A DNA stretch of 64,000 nucleotides from NCBI GenBank assembly GCA_965233865.1, contig OZ247587.1:576001-640000 (forward strand), given 5' to 3'. The notes beneath the pieces are model-generated. The model was given only the letters and a program-made list of their open reading frames with translations, was not told where the DNA came from and did not search any database. The DNA comes from Candidatus Neptunichlamydia sp. GTDB lineage: Bacteria; Chlamydiota; Chlamydiia; Chlamydiales; Simkaniaceae. Shown one piece after another: positions 10,616 to 21,063 of this stretch. Numbering within the stretch: position 1 is the stretch's first letter; each line of letters opens with the position of its first letter. The position numbers were made by a program, and so were the translations under genes.

Positions 10616-11027
10616 AATTCTCGGTATAGACTTTGGAATGAAACGGATTGGGCTTTCTCGTTCTGACCCAATGAAGATCATCGCATCTCCTTTAAAAACT
10701 ATTTTTGCTGGGAAAACGCTTGAGGCAACAGCCGAGCTGATTGTAAAAGAATGCGACGGTGTTGAAACCATCGTTCTCGGTCTTCCCCTTCTTCTTTCAG
10801 GAAAGGATAGTGAAACAACAACAACAGTGAGAAAATTCGCCTTAATATTAGAGGAAAAAAGTGGACTTCCACTCATTTTATGGGATGAGCGTCTCACTTC
10901 TAAACAAGTCGAAAAACTGTTGATTGAAGGAAATGTAAGTAGAAAAAAACGCACCCACCATGTCGATATGATGAGTGCAATTCTTATTCTACAAAACTAC
11001 CTGGATGGCAACTCCTATGGAAGCTGA
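10608..11027 (+). CDS. ruvX: RuvX/YqgF pre-16S rRNA nuclease
   Basis: LGIDFGMKRIGLS.SDP, VLGLP, WDERLTS, D..SA..ILQ.YLD. Confidence 0.95.
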   Translation: MGRILGIDFGMKRIGLSRSDPMKIIASPLKTIFAGKTLEATAELIVKECDGVETIVLGLPLLLSGKDSETTTTVRKFALILEEKSGLPLILWDERLTSKQVEKLLIEGNVSRKKRTHHVDMMSAILILQNYLDGNSYGS

Positions 11028-12015
11028 AGAACTCTATGAAAAATTGAAACACATTGATGTTGATAACCCCCTATGCACCTATACTATAGAGAGATGTGAG
11101 CGTCTTACCCCTCTAATCAATGAAATTAATGCGCTTAAAGAAGAAAAAGACGCTCTTATTTTAGCACACTCCTATGTCCACCCAGATATTATCTATACTG
11201 TCGCTGATCATGTAGGAGATTCTTACGGACTAGCTCTAAAAGCTAAAGAGACAACAAAAGAAACGATTGTTTTCCCTGCCGTTCGTTTTATGGCTGAAAC
11301 AGCCAAGATCTTAAACCCAAAAAAAATAGTTATTGACCCTAACCCTAACGGGGGATGCTCACTTGCTGACAGCATTACAGGTGCTGATGTCCGCCGTCTC
11401 AGAAAAGAATACCCGGACCACACTTTTGTCTGCTACATCAATACAACAGTAGAAGTAAAAGCAGAATGCGACATCTGCGTCACCTCTTCAAATGTTAATT
11501 TAATCATAGAGCAACTCCCAAATGACAAGATCTATTTTCTACCCGATAAGCTCATGGGACAAAATGTAAAGAACGCTCTTGGTAGCAAAAAAGAAATCCA
11601 GCTTTACGATGGAAGTTGCTATGTCCACGAGGAGTTCTCCCGCTTAGAGGTTGACACACTTCGAAAGACTCATCCTAATCTCACTGTACTCGCTCATCCA
11701 GAGTGCACAGAAGAGGTTGTCAAAACAGCAGATGTTGTTGGCTCTACAAGTCAAATTATAAACTATGCCAAAGAGCATCGAAAAGATAAAAACCCTTTCT
11801 TGATTCTTACCGAGTGTGGAATCGCCTCTCGCCTTCAGGTCGAACACCCTGACCTTAATCTCGTGGGCTCTTGTATGATGTGCCGCTATATGAAGTCGAA
11901 TAGCCTCGAAGGGATTTTAAATTCCCTAAAATCTCCCCGCTATGTGATAGAAATCGACCCCTCCATTCAAAAGAGGGCTCTTGCTTGTGTCGATGCCATG
12001 TTTACTATCGTCTAG
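11017..12015 (+). CDS. nadA: Quinolinate synthase
   Basis: ILAHSY, GDSYGL, VRFMAETAKILNP, GCSLAD, YINTT, CYVH, AHPEC, GSTS, C.YMK (three Fe-S cysteines). Confidence 0.95.
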   Translation: MEAEELYEKLKHIDVDNPLCTYTIERCERLTPLINEINALKEEKDALILAHSYVHPDIIYTVADHVGDSYGLALKAKETTKETIVFPAVRFMAETAKILNPKKIVIDPNPNGGCSLADSITGADVRRLRKEYPDHTFVCYINTTVEVKAECDICVTSSNVNLIIEQLPNDKIYFLPDKLMGQNVKNALGSKKEIQLYDGSCYVHEEFSRLEVDTLRKTHPNLTVLAHPECTEEVVKTADVVGSTSQIINYAKEHRKDKNPFLILTECGIASRLQVEHPDLNLVGSCMMCRYMKSNSLEGILNSLKSPRYVIEIDPSIQKRALACVDAMFTIV

Positions 12016-12020
12016 GCTTG

Positions 12021-12962
12021 TTAGTTACCAGTTTGAGAAGGGATAAAAGAACAAGATAAAACCCTATGCATTTCAACGGTTCCATCGACTTTTTTATCAA
12101 TAACCATGAAACCCCCACTAGAAAGCCGCTCATCATAGCTGGATTTCCTTTTTCCTGCTGCTACAGGAAGAATCAACCGTCCCCCAGGTTTGAGCTGATC
12201 AACTAGGGGTTGTGGAATTTCCTCACACATAAAACCCACGGTAATAATATCATATGGAGCTCCTTCCAAATACCCTTTTTCTCCTTCAGTTGTGATAAAT
12301 GAAATTCTGCTTGCTTCCTTGGGGAGGTACCTTTGAATCGTGTTTGCAGCAGTATGCGTTAATGAATCGTAGTATTCCAACCCATATATTTCTGCGTCGG
12401 GCACTAGATGAGCAAAAATTGCGGCAAGATATCCCGTTCCAGTCCCAACATCAAGTATCTTCTTAGCGTTTCCAATAAAGTCTTTGCTTAACTCCAAATA
12501 CCAGATATGCATGCTAGGGGAGGAGATGCACATCTTGCATCCAATATCTATTGCAGTATCATAGTATGGAGTCTTTAAACAAAACCAACCGCGATCAATT
12601 TCCCTAAAAGCTTGCTCGATTATAGGAGTTACAAGTGTATGAGAATATTTAAGGCTCTCAATAAGACTTTCTAAAGAATCACATTTTTCATATAAGGCTG
12701 GAAGGATCTTGTCTATGTCAAAAACAAGCCTTGGATATGAGTCAATGGGGAGAGTGTGATCACGAACTCGAACCGTGACCTGATTCTCCTCAATTGATAA
12801 TATTTCAGCATGATAGTTTTTATTCCTCCAAGAAACTAAGCAACACCCCCCAACACGATACCGTTGCATTTTTTCTATTCGTTTATCTATCACTTTATTT
12901 CCACCACAAAACACCACTGAACAAAGCAGAGTCAACACTAAGTTCATACAATTCTTTATCAT
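12021..12962 (-). CDS. pcm: Protein-L-isoaspartate O-methyltransferase with N-terminal signal-like peptide and an extra small domain
   Basis: IDRGWF, ISSPSMH, ILDVGTGTGY, GAPYDII, LVDQLKPGGRLILPV. Confidence 0.85.
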   Translation of the reverse strand: MIKNCMNLVLTLLCSVVFCGGNKVIDKRIEKMQRYRVGGCCLVSWRNKNYHAEILSIEENQVTVRVRDHTLPIDSYPRLVFDIDKILPALYEKCDSLESLIESLKYSHTLVTPIIEQAFREIDRGWFCLKTPYYDTAIDIGCKMCISSPSMHIWYLELSKDFIGNAKKILDVGTGTGYLAAIFAHLVPDAEIYGLEYYDSLTHTAANTIQRYLPKEASRISFITTEGEKGYLEGAPYDIITVGFMCEEIPQPLVDQLKPGGRLILPVAAGKRKSSYDERLSSGGFMVIDKKVDGTVEMHRVLSCSFIPSQTGN

Positions 12963-13196
12963 TCAACTTCCTTTATGGGAGAAATATGCTCAAAAAAATA
13001 AATTTTTTCAAGCTTTAATAGTGTTAATAAACCTATCCCTATAATCAATTTCCGGTGCTTATGAGGGAAACTTCTGAAGTTTTCCCCATGAAGATCAGTT
13101 TTATCTTTCTTTAAAAAAAATTCGCAATTTTATTTTTTTGGTTAACACTCTCAAATTCTGATAGATTAAAATCGTTTTTTCACTTAAGTTTAAGAA

Positions 13197-14741
13197 ATGG
13201 TAAGCGAAGAAATACACCCTTTTGAAGAGCCAGGTCAAACTTCAAGAAGCTTAGACCCTTGTGTTGTTGTTATTTTCGGCGCAACGGGTGATTTGACAGC
13301 GCGAAAACTCATGCCCGCCTTGTATAATTTAAAGCGAGAAGGGCAACTCCCCACAAATTTTGCATGCTGCGGATTTGCGAGACGGGAAAAGACCAATGAA
13401 GCTTTCCGCAACGAAATGAAAAAAGCTGTGAGTGAGCACTCCCGCGTGAAACCCCTTGAAGAAACTCTCTGGGATTCCTTCCATCCACAACTCTTTTACC
13501 ACCAGTCAGAGTTTGATGATGATGCTGGATATGAGAAGCTTGCCACGCATTTAGCAGATCTTGACACACAGATGGGAACTCAGGGCAACCGAATCTATTA
13601 TCTATCAACTCAACCCAGCTTTTTTCCAACCATCATCGAGAAGCTCAAGAAACATAAACTCGTATACGACCATAATACCGAAAAAGAGAAATGGTCTCGG
13701 GTTATCATTGAAAAACCTTTTGGACACGATCTAAATTCAGCCTTAGAGCTTCAAAAAGATTTGATGCAACACCTAAGTGAAGAGCAGCTCTATAGAATTG
13801 ACCACTACCTTGGAAAAGAAACAGCACAAAATCTCTTGGTATTCCGCTTTGGGAACTCCATTTTTGAAAACCTTTGGAACCACCGCTATATCGATCATGT
13901 CCAGTTCACTGTTGCAGAGAATATTGGAATTGGAACTCGGGGGAGATTCTATGAAGAGCAGGGACTTGTTCGCGACATCATGCAAAACCACATGATGCAA
14001 CTCTTCTCACTCATAGCAATGGAACCTCCGGTGAATTTAAGCCCAAGCGCTATTCATGATGAAAAGGTTAAAGTATTAGAAGCCCTCCGCCCTTTTAAGG
14101 GTGATGATTTTGAAAAATCAGCCGTACGTGGACAATATGGCAAAGGATTCACGATTGGAGAAGAGGTCAAAGGATACCGAGAAGAAGATAATGTCGATCC
14201 CAAATCAAAGATAGAAACCTATGGGGCTGTGCGCTTCTTTATCGATAACTGGAGATGGGATGGTGTCCCATTCTATTTGAGAGGAGCAAAAAGATTACCC
14301 AAACGAGCGACAGAGATCGCTGTGACTTTCAAACACCCTCCCGGAATCTTGTTTCACGAGTGTGGACAAAAACACGAATCCAACGTCTTGGCAATTCGAA
14401 TCCAACCTAATGAAGGAATTGCGCTAAAAATTAATTGCAAGGTTCCAGGACCAAGTAGCCCAATTCAACCTGTAAAAATGGACTTCCGCTATGGAGCATT
14501 TTTTGGGCTCACCCCTCCTGATGCTTATGAGCGATTGATTTGCGATTGTATGGCCGGAGACAGTACTCTTTTTGCAAGGCAGGATGAAGTCTTCCATTCC
14601 TGGAAATTTTTCACTCCCCTTCTTGATCATTGGGCGAATACAGCTCCTAAAGACTTCCCTAACTATGAAGCTGGCACCTGGGGCCCCAAAGCTTCGGATA
14701 GAATGCTCGCACGGGATGGACGAAAATGGCGCTTGATATGA
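13197..14741 (+). CDS. zwf: Glucose-6-phosphate dehydrogenase
   Basis: IFGATGDL, EKPFG, RIDHYLGKE, RDIMQNH, WRWDGVPFY. Confidence 0.98.
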   Translation: MVSEEIHPFEEPGQTSRSLDPCVVVIFGATGDLTARKLMPALYNLKREGQLPTNFACCGFARREKTNEAFRNEMKKAVSEHSRVKPLEETLWDSFHPQLFYHQSEFDDDAGYEKLATHLADLDTQMGTQGNRIYYLSTQPSFFPTIIEKLKKHKLVYDHNTEKEKWSRVIIEKPFGHDLNSALELQKDLMQHLSEEQLYRIDHYLGKETAQNLLVFRFGNSIFENLWNHRYIDHVQFTVAENIGIGTRGRFYEEQGLVRDIMQNHMMQLFSLIAMEPPVNLSPSAIHDEKVKVLEALRPFKGDDFEKSAVRGQYGKGFTIGEEVKGYREEDNVDPKSKIETYGAVRFFIDNWRWDGVPFYLRGAKRLPKRATEIAVTFKHPPGILFHECGQKHESNVLAIRIQPNEGIALKINCKVPGPSSPIQPVKMDFRYGAFFGLTPPDAYERLICDCMAGDSTLFARQDEVFHSWKFFTPLLDHWANTAPKDFPNYEAGTWGPKASDRMLARDGRKWRLI

Positions 14742-14770
14742 GCCCCATAAACAAGGTATAGTGCAACCCT

Positions 14771-15868
14771 ATGACTCAAGCAATCCACCCAGCCGATATC
14801 GAATCTGAATTGGACCGGATTTGGGATTCTCTTCAGGGATCCAATAAAATGCGGGCCTGCCTCTTTAATCTGATTATCTATGCAAAGAAATGTCAGCGCG
14901 TTGGTTACCTTAACCAAATCGCCCAGAAGGTCATTGAAAAATTTCCTTCACGAGTCATTTTTATCACTTATGACGACACCTGCTCGAACCAAGATCTGCT
15001 AACATCCGTCTCGGTGATGACTGCCGACGAAGGCGAGTATGAAATCGCTTGTGATTTGATTGAAGTCGAAGTCTGCAGCAAGGATCATCCCCGAGTCCCC
15101 TTTGTGATCCTTCCCCATATCCTGCCAGATCTTCCCATTTACCTCGTTCACGCTGATGACCCCTCCTTTGAAAACCCTATTGCAGAAAAACTCGAACACT
15201 TAGCAGACAGAATTATCTTTGACTCTGAATCTGCATGTGATCTGCCAGCCTTTGCAAAGGCAGTGCTCTCACGCGATCTACGATGTGGCGCTGATGTTGC
15301 AGACCTCAATTGGGCCCGCATTGAAGGCTGGAGGCAACTCTTTGCCAATGTCTTTAAGTCCTCTGAGGAACTTGAAAGATTAAAGCATGCAAGCAAAATC
15401 TCCATCAGCTTCAATTCAAAAGAAACCGACTACCTCTGCCACACAAACATCCAATCAGTCTATCTTCAAGCTTGGGTTGCGGTTCAACTTGGATGGACCC
15501 TCAAAAAGGTAAACTCAAAAGGAGAACATCTCACATTCCTCTACGAAAGTAAATTTGGCAAAATTGAGTCTGTGATTATCCCCAATGCTTCTGAGGAGGT
15601 TTCTCCAGGTCGACTTCTCTCAATTGAGATTGAAACAGACCGAGAGTACCGGTATGCTTTTAAGCGTAATTTGAAGTGTCCCCATCATGTGATGATTGAG
15701 AAATCGAGTCCCGAGTTTTGTTCACTTCCTGTAAATTATGTCTTGGATAAGGATGTCTCAGGGCAATCTCTCGTCAAAGAAATTTGCCATAAAGGGACTA
15801 GCTTTCATTATACGAAAATGCTTCGACTCCTATCCGATATTAAAAATGAGAGTCTGTGTAATGAGTGA
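14771..15868 (+). CDS. opcA: G6PDH assembly/allosteric protein OpcA
   Basis: RACLFNLII, LPDLP, RIIFDS, DLNWARIEGWR; lies between zwf and pgl. Confidence 0.85.
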   Translation: MTQAIHPADIESELDRIWDSLQGSNKMRACLFNLIIYAKKCQRVGYLNQIAQKVIEKFPSRVIFITYDDTCSNQDLLTSVSVMTADEGEYEIACDLIEVEVCSKDHPRVPFVILPHILPDLPIYLVHADDPSFENPIAEKLEHLADRIIFDSESACDLPAFAKAVLSRDLRCGADVADLNWARIEGWRQLFANVFKSSEELERLKHASKISISFNSKETDYLCHTNIQSVYLQAWVAVQLGWTLKKVNSKGEHLTFLYESKFGKIESVIIPNASEEVSPGRLLSIEIETDREYRYAFKRNLKCPHHVMIEKSSPEFCSLPVNYVLDKDVSGQSLVKEICHKGTSFHYTKMLRLLSDIKNESLCNE

Positions 15869-16628
15869 TAAGCCTCATTTCTTTTCTTGGGATGATAGAA
15901 GAGATATTGCCCACCCTGGGGATCGAAAACACACACTCGATTTTGCTGTTGAACACTTTATTAGCTGTGCTAAAGAGGCAATGAAATCCCATGAATATTT
16001 TGCTGTAGCACTCTCAGGAGGATCAACTCCAAAACAGATCTTTGAAATGCTTTCCTCCCCTTCCTACTCAGGAGAAATTGACTGGACAAAAGTCTTCATT
16101 TTTTGGGGAGATGAGCGGCCTGTTCCTCCAACCGACCCCGACAGTAACTTTCGAATGGCAATGGATGCCGGATTGAAATCTCTATCGATCCCGCCCACTC
16201 ACATCTTTCAGATGGAGGCAGAAGAAAATATTGTAGAAAATGCCAAAGCCTATGAGGAAAAGATTCTAGAGATTTTAGGATCCCGCCCTTTTGACCTCAT
16301 AATGCTTGGAGCGGGCGAAGATGGTCACACAGCCTCTCTTTTCCCAGGAACTAAAGCCCTTGAAGAAAAAGCCGCTCTTGCCGCTGCAAACGAAGTCCCT
16401 CAAAAAGAGACTTGGCGGATGACACTCACTTATCCTTGTATTAACTCTGCTCGCAACATCGCGATTTATGTTCTAGGTAAAAGCAAAGCAAAGATAGTGA
16501 GTCAGGTTTTCCTTAAAAGCCACAAGCCTCCCTATCCTGTTTCCCTCATTGGAACATCTCGCAACAAAGCGCTATGGGTCCTCGACAGCGACGCCGCCGA
16601 TCCTATTCTAAAGAAAAGGCCGAAGTAA
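15861..16628 (+). CDS. pgl: 6-phosphogluconolactonase
   Basis: ALSGGSTP, FWGDERPVPP...DSN, GEDGHTASLFPG, RMTLT. Confidence 0.95.
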   Translation: MSDKPHFFSWDDRRDIAHPGDRKHTLDFAVEHFISCAKEAMKSHEYFAVALSGGSTPKQIFEMLSSPSYSGEIDWTKVFIFWGDERPVPPTDPDSNFRMAMDAGLKSLSIPPTHIFQMEAEENIVENAKAYEEKILEILGSRPFDLIMLGAGEDGHTASLFPGTKALEEKAALAAANEVPQKETWRMTLTYPCINSARNIAIYVLGKSKAKIVSQVFLKSHKPPYPVSLIGTSRNKALWVLDSDAADPILKKRPK

Positions 16629-16737
16629 TTACTTATTTTCTTTTGCTTCTGCAGGAGAAAAGAATCAAAAAAAATGTTGCAGAAATTGGTAATAGTACAT
16701 TTAATGCATTCGACTTTGTTTTTTATAGAGAAAAAAA

Positions 16738-17403
16738 ATGTCAATAGAGCCAGTAGATGTAGCATCCAATTCGATAAACAATGAATATAAAGAAGAGGAA
16801 GCCCTCTTAACAACCACATGGAATGGACTAGATGTTAGTCCCGAATGTACTGAAAATAAAGTGTTGGAAGAAATAGCTCTCAATTTTTTCAAGGAAATAC
16901 ATATTCAGCCAGGAGTAACAACTTGTAGTTTTTTATGGGGATACTTTGATCCAGAAAATAGAGCTCTTAATGACTTCGAAATCAAAGTTATGATGAATGC
17001 AATTCAATGTAGTTCTAAAGAAGAGCAAGACAAGAAACTCAAAGAGCTCGAGGGTTTTGTGAATGGTCTTGTTCTTTCGACCGGAGTTATTACGATAGCG
17101 ATATTTTCTAAAGACTATAAAACTGCTGCCATATCGGCAACGGCCTTATTTTTTCTGCTTAAAGAGAAATTATGGATGACCCAGGATCAATTGAATATCT
17201 TTTTAAAAAAAGAAGGTAAAACATATGAGGATTTACATTTTTGTACTTTAATAGAAGACTACATGAAGAACCAGCAAGAGCTGATATCAAAAGGAATTAT
17301 TTTAGATATGCTCAACCCAATGTATACAGAAAATTCTCACTATACAAAGAACCCTCATTATAACAAACCTTTAGATCCTAGTTTCAAACCATTTACATCA
17401 TGA
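16738..17403 (+). CDS. Hypothetical protein with a bilobed hydrophobic segment (Inc-like)
   Basis: 221-aa AT-rich ORF; Ser/Asn-rich N-terminus; GLVLSTGVITIAIFS-KDYK-TAAISATALFFLL. Confidence 0.6.
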   Translation: MSIEPVDVASNSINNEYKEEEALLTTTWNGLDVSPECTENKVLEEIALNFFKEIHIQPGVTTCSFLWGYFDPENRALNDFEIKVMMNAIQCSSKEEQDKKLKELEGFVNGLVLSTGVITIAIFSKDYKTAAISATALFFLLKEKLWMTQDQLNIFLKKEGKTYEDLHFCTLIEDYMKNQQELISKGIILDMLNPMYTENSHYTKNPHYNKPLDPSFKPFTS

Positions 17404-17568
17404 TAAATAGAGCAAAAAGTTACGCATATGAATTTTTTCTTTTTGGAATTATTTTTTCTAAAATGGTGGATATTTTAATGGATGATTTTTCTTTTCCTCC
17501 TATGAGAATTGGAGTAATATTCTTACTAATATACTCATTTTTCCTAATAAAAAAGAGAGTTCGTTTGG

Positions 17569-18110
17569 ATGAAGTTTAATCTCACGAAAAAAACAATATT
17601 TACTGTCGCATTATGCTTAATCAATATTGGTTGTTTTGCACATTTAGCAGACTATTCGATCATTTATGGTGTTTTTGTCAAAACCAATTCTTTAGAAGAG
17701 CAAGATAGAATAGAGGACCTTTTTATTTCATTAGAAAAAAAGTACGGCATTCAACTCGTTGTCAGTGATAGTTCTGTGCGACCCAAAGAATTTGAAAAGC
17801 TTAAGGGTGCGCTTTTTTTTTGTTAATTTCACCAAATTTTTCTAATGCAGAAAGCGCGTTAAATGACTCGGAGGAATCGCCTAGAAAACTGATAGATAAA
17901 ATGATATGGCCAGTCGATCCAACAATAGGATCAACTTTTAAATCCCAGGGATCTATCTTCATGAAGACCGGGGAAATATTCTTTGATTCTAATTCAGAAA
18001 TTGGGGGCAGTGTTCAACCTTCAGTGGTTCTAACAAACATAGAACGGAATTTAGAGAAAACCATTTCAATGCACAATTATAAAAAACCTTTGGTAATTTT
18101 ATTTTTTTGA
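17569..18110 (+). pseudogene. Exported hypothetical protein split at a T9 run (ORFs 17569-17826 and 17820-18110)
   Basis: Signal-like N-terminus; one extra T in the run at 17813-17821 would join the two frames. Confidence 0.45.
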
Positions 18111-18120
18111 CTCTTAATAG

Positions 18121-18161
18121 AAAAGGCCGAAGTAAATAGAGCTCGTCCCTAACCTTCGGCC
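18121..18161 (-). terminator. Hairpin, possible intrinsic terminator
   Basis: GGCCGAAG (18125-18132) / CTTCGGCC (18154-18161) inverted repeat, followed by a T-run on the minus strand. Confidence 0.4.
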
Positions 18162-18170
18162 GAAGCTCAA

Positions 18171-18410
18171 TTAAGTGTTTGCTGCTTCTCTCTGATAGAT
18201 TCCAAGAATCTCATCAAAAATTCGTGCATCATACCCTTGTCGTTCATTCCTCAAAATTCCCTCTAGAGGAGGAGTTGAGGGAACTGGCTGCATCTCGTAA
18301 GTAGGGAAGCGAGGATATAGCCCAGAAGGATCGAAGTACTGTCTTGGAGGCTGCGCACCGGTTGCTACAAGATGAGCTTCTTTATGGAGGTTCGAGATGT
18401 GATTAAACAG
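18171..18410 (-). pseudogene. Startless 3' gene fragment cut off by the IS66 remnant
   Basis: About 80 open codons (LFNHISNLHKEAHLVATGAQPPRQYFDP...REAANT*) ending just before the hairpin. Confidence 0.4.
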
Positions 18411-20307
18411 TGGAACAAGGGCTCAGCACTATTGTGGCCGACTTCTTAGAGGAAGATCTCATAAGTAATGCTTATTTTGCCTTCCTCAATCGGAATCGAG
18501 ACCAGATCAAAATCCTCTACTTTGATGGAGATGGTTTAGCGATTTGGCAAAAACGACTTGAAAAAGGGAGGTTCCCAAAACAAAAGAAGCCAGACCCTCT
18601 TATGAGCAGACAAAACTTCTTGATGCTTCTTGGAGGCATTGTTCCAAAAAGGATAAACAAGCGGATTAATTTTTCTTGAAAAAAAGAACAAAATCTCTTT
18701 TTTTCTCTCTATGGGAAAATGATAAAATAGCAGCCATGAATCCACAAGCTTTTCTGCAAAAAACCGCCCAACTTCAAGAGCAAGTTCTCTCTCTTGAAAC
18801 GAAAGCATCAACGCTTCAAACAGAGAAAGAATCCCTCGAAACTCAGCTCCTTCAAGCCAACTCTCAACTCGAATGGCTCAAAAAGCAGCTCTTTGGAAAG
18901 CGCTCTGAAAAGTTTTAACAAAGAAGATCAAGAGCAACTTCTTTTTGAAGGATTTGAGATCAAGGAGCCCCCTAAGGATAAACAAACAAAAGTCAAAGGG
19001 CATACGCGCAAGAAGAAGAATAAAGGAAAAGACACAATCATTCTTCCGCCAGACCTACCCATCGAAAAAGAAACCATCGATCTTCCCGAAGAAGAGAAGG
19101 TTTGTCCAAGCACCAAAAAACCTTTAGAAAAAATTGGAGAAGAGATCAGCAGTAAGCTTGCCTATCGACCTGGAAGCTACTACATCAAGCAGATCATCAG
19201 ACCCAAATATGCAAGCCTTGATGGGAGCATCAAAACAGAGCCACTTCCAGAGAGTCTCCTGGATCGCTGCCAAGCTGATGAAAGCCTACTTGCTCATATT
19301 ATCGTTCAAAAGTACACCGATCACCTTCCCCTATATCGACAAAGCGAAATCCTAAGAAGAGGAGACATCAAGATCTCTCGGCAAACCCTCAGCAAATGGG
19401 TGATAAGATGTGGAAAAGCACTAAAACCTCTCTATGAAGAACTCCAAAAGCAAATACTCCAAAGCAAAAACATCTTCATTGATGAAAACCCCATCTCGAT
19501 GCAAGCCTCAAAAAAACTTAAGCAAGCCTATATGTGGGTCATAGTAGGGGGCAAGGCTCTGATCCTCCCTATAGAGCCTATCACTTTAGACTCAATCGAA
19601 AACATGAACATGCTAAAGAACTCCTTAAGGACTACCAAGGGACTTTCCACTCTGATAAATATGGGTGCTACGAACAGTTAGCCAAAGACAAACGCTTTAA
19701 CTGGTGTCCCTGCTATAGTCACATTAGAAGGAAGTTCTTCGAAGCAGAGGGAGGAGAGTTTAGAAAAACCATCCTTAGAAAAATCCGATACCTCTTCTTA
19801 CTTGAACGAGTTGCATGGGCAAGAGATTCCGAAGAAAGACTCAGGATCCGAAAAGAAAAAGAAATTCCCCTCATCGAGGAGCTCATAGAACTGGCCCAAG
19901 AAAAACTCAAAGACTATCGAGTCCTCCCTAAATCAAAGCTCAGAGAGGCGCTAGGCTACCTGTGTAGCCTGCGCCCTCATCTAAAGAGCTACACCAAACA
20001 CTCGCAAGCTCGCCTCGATAATAATGTGGCCGAAAGAGCCATTAGACCCCTAGCTCTTGGAAGAAAGAACTGGCTCTTCGTGGGGAGCGAAGAAGGAGGA
20101 GAAGTCGCAGCCACCCTCTTCTCTCTGGTTCAGTCCTGCAAAGCATCCGGAATCAATCCCGAGAAATATCTCACAGATGTGATGAAAAGGCTTATGAGCC
20201 ACAATTCCCAGAAGCTCGTAGAGCTTCTTCCTGATCAGTGGGCCAAATCCCAAGAATCAGACCCTACCTCCTGATCTTCTGTCAAGACGGTTTCCGTTGA
20301 CGCTTAC
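18410..20307 (+). mobile_element. IS66-family element, left end lost; partial tnpB and frameshifted tnpC
   Basis: TnpB: FLNRNRDQIKILYFDGDGLAIWQKRLEKGRF. TnpC: KQLFGKRSEK, KYTDHLPLYRQ, IDE, LDNNVAERAIRPLALGRKNWLFVGS. Right IR ...GACGCTTAC ends at 20307. Confidence 0.92.
18736..20274 (+). pseudogene. IS66 transposase TnpC in three frames
   Basis: Frameshifts near 18915 and near 19550 (G-run). Confidence 0.85.
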
Positions 20308-20985
20308 AAAACAACCGCTAGCATCAGATCTACAGCGGCATCCTATTTGAATTGCTTGAAACATTTGCAAACTCCGGACCCAGGACGGGAGTTTTCTATT
20401 ACAAAATGGGTTGAAGATGAATCCTCTGATTCATGGCTTTTTCTTTCTTGTGATACTAAAAGCAGAGACACCATGCGTCCGTTGCTTAGCGCGTGGTATT
20501 CAACGGCAATGAGATCTCTGATGGCTCTTGATTCTTGTGACGATAGGCGCGTATGGTTTGTCAATGACGAACTTCCATTGATGGACCAAATCAATGGTCT
20601 GAGCACCTGCCTTTCAGAGGGAAGGAAATACGGAGCCTGCGCCTTGCTTGCTACGCAATCGCCCTCTCAGATAGTAGATATCTATGGATCTCAGCAGGCG
20701 CAAACAATCACTTTGAATTGCCAAACCAAAATCGTCTTTCGTGAGTCCGAGCCACAGAATGCTGAGCAGCTGTCAAAATTGTTTGGTAACCTAGAACTTG
20801 AAGAGACAAAAGAGGGGCTTTCCTATGGTGCCAACGATATGAGAGATGGTGTAACACAGAGCAAACAGCGTCGCAAGCAAGCAATGGTATCAGTCACAGA
20901 TATACAAAATCTTAGGGTGAATCATTGCTATTTAAGAGACACAAAAGGCAAAATCAAGCACTTAAAGCTAAGGATTGCTAAGTAA
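20308..20985 (+). pseudogene. traD: F-type conjugative coupling protein TraD, C-terminal part only
   Basis: Frame opens right at the IS66 end: KTTASIRS, FSITKW, RRVWFVNDELP (Walker B), EGRKYG, QSPSQ..DIYG, SYGANDMRDGV. Walker A and TM region are absent. Confidence 0.88.
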
Positions 20986-21063
20986 GTAGACTTTAGATTT
21001 ACCTTTTAGCAAGCTATAGAGAAAATAACGAATTTTAGACGATTTTTTACTTTTTGGGTATAG

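Noticed and set aside
14771..15868. opcA as a novelty
   Set aside because: zwf-opcA-pgl is a well-known conserved operon.
18230..18400. Group II intron or structured RNA remnant
   Set aside because: No domain V/VI signature is visible; an open minus-strand frame explains the composition better.
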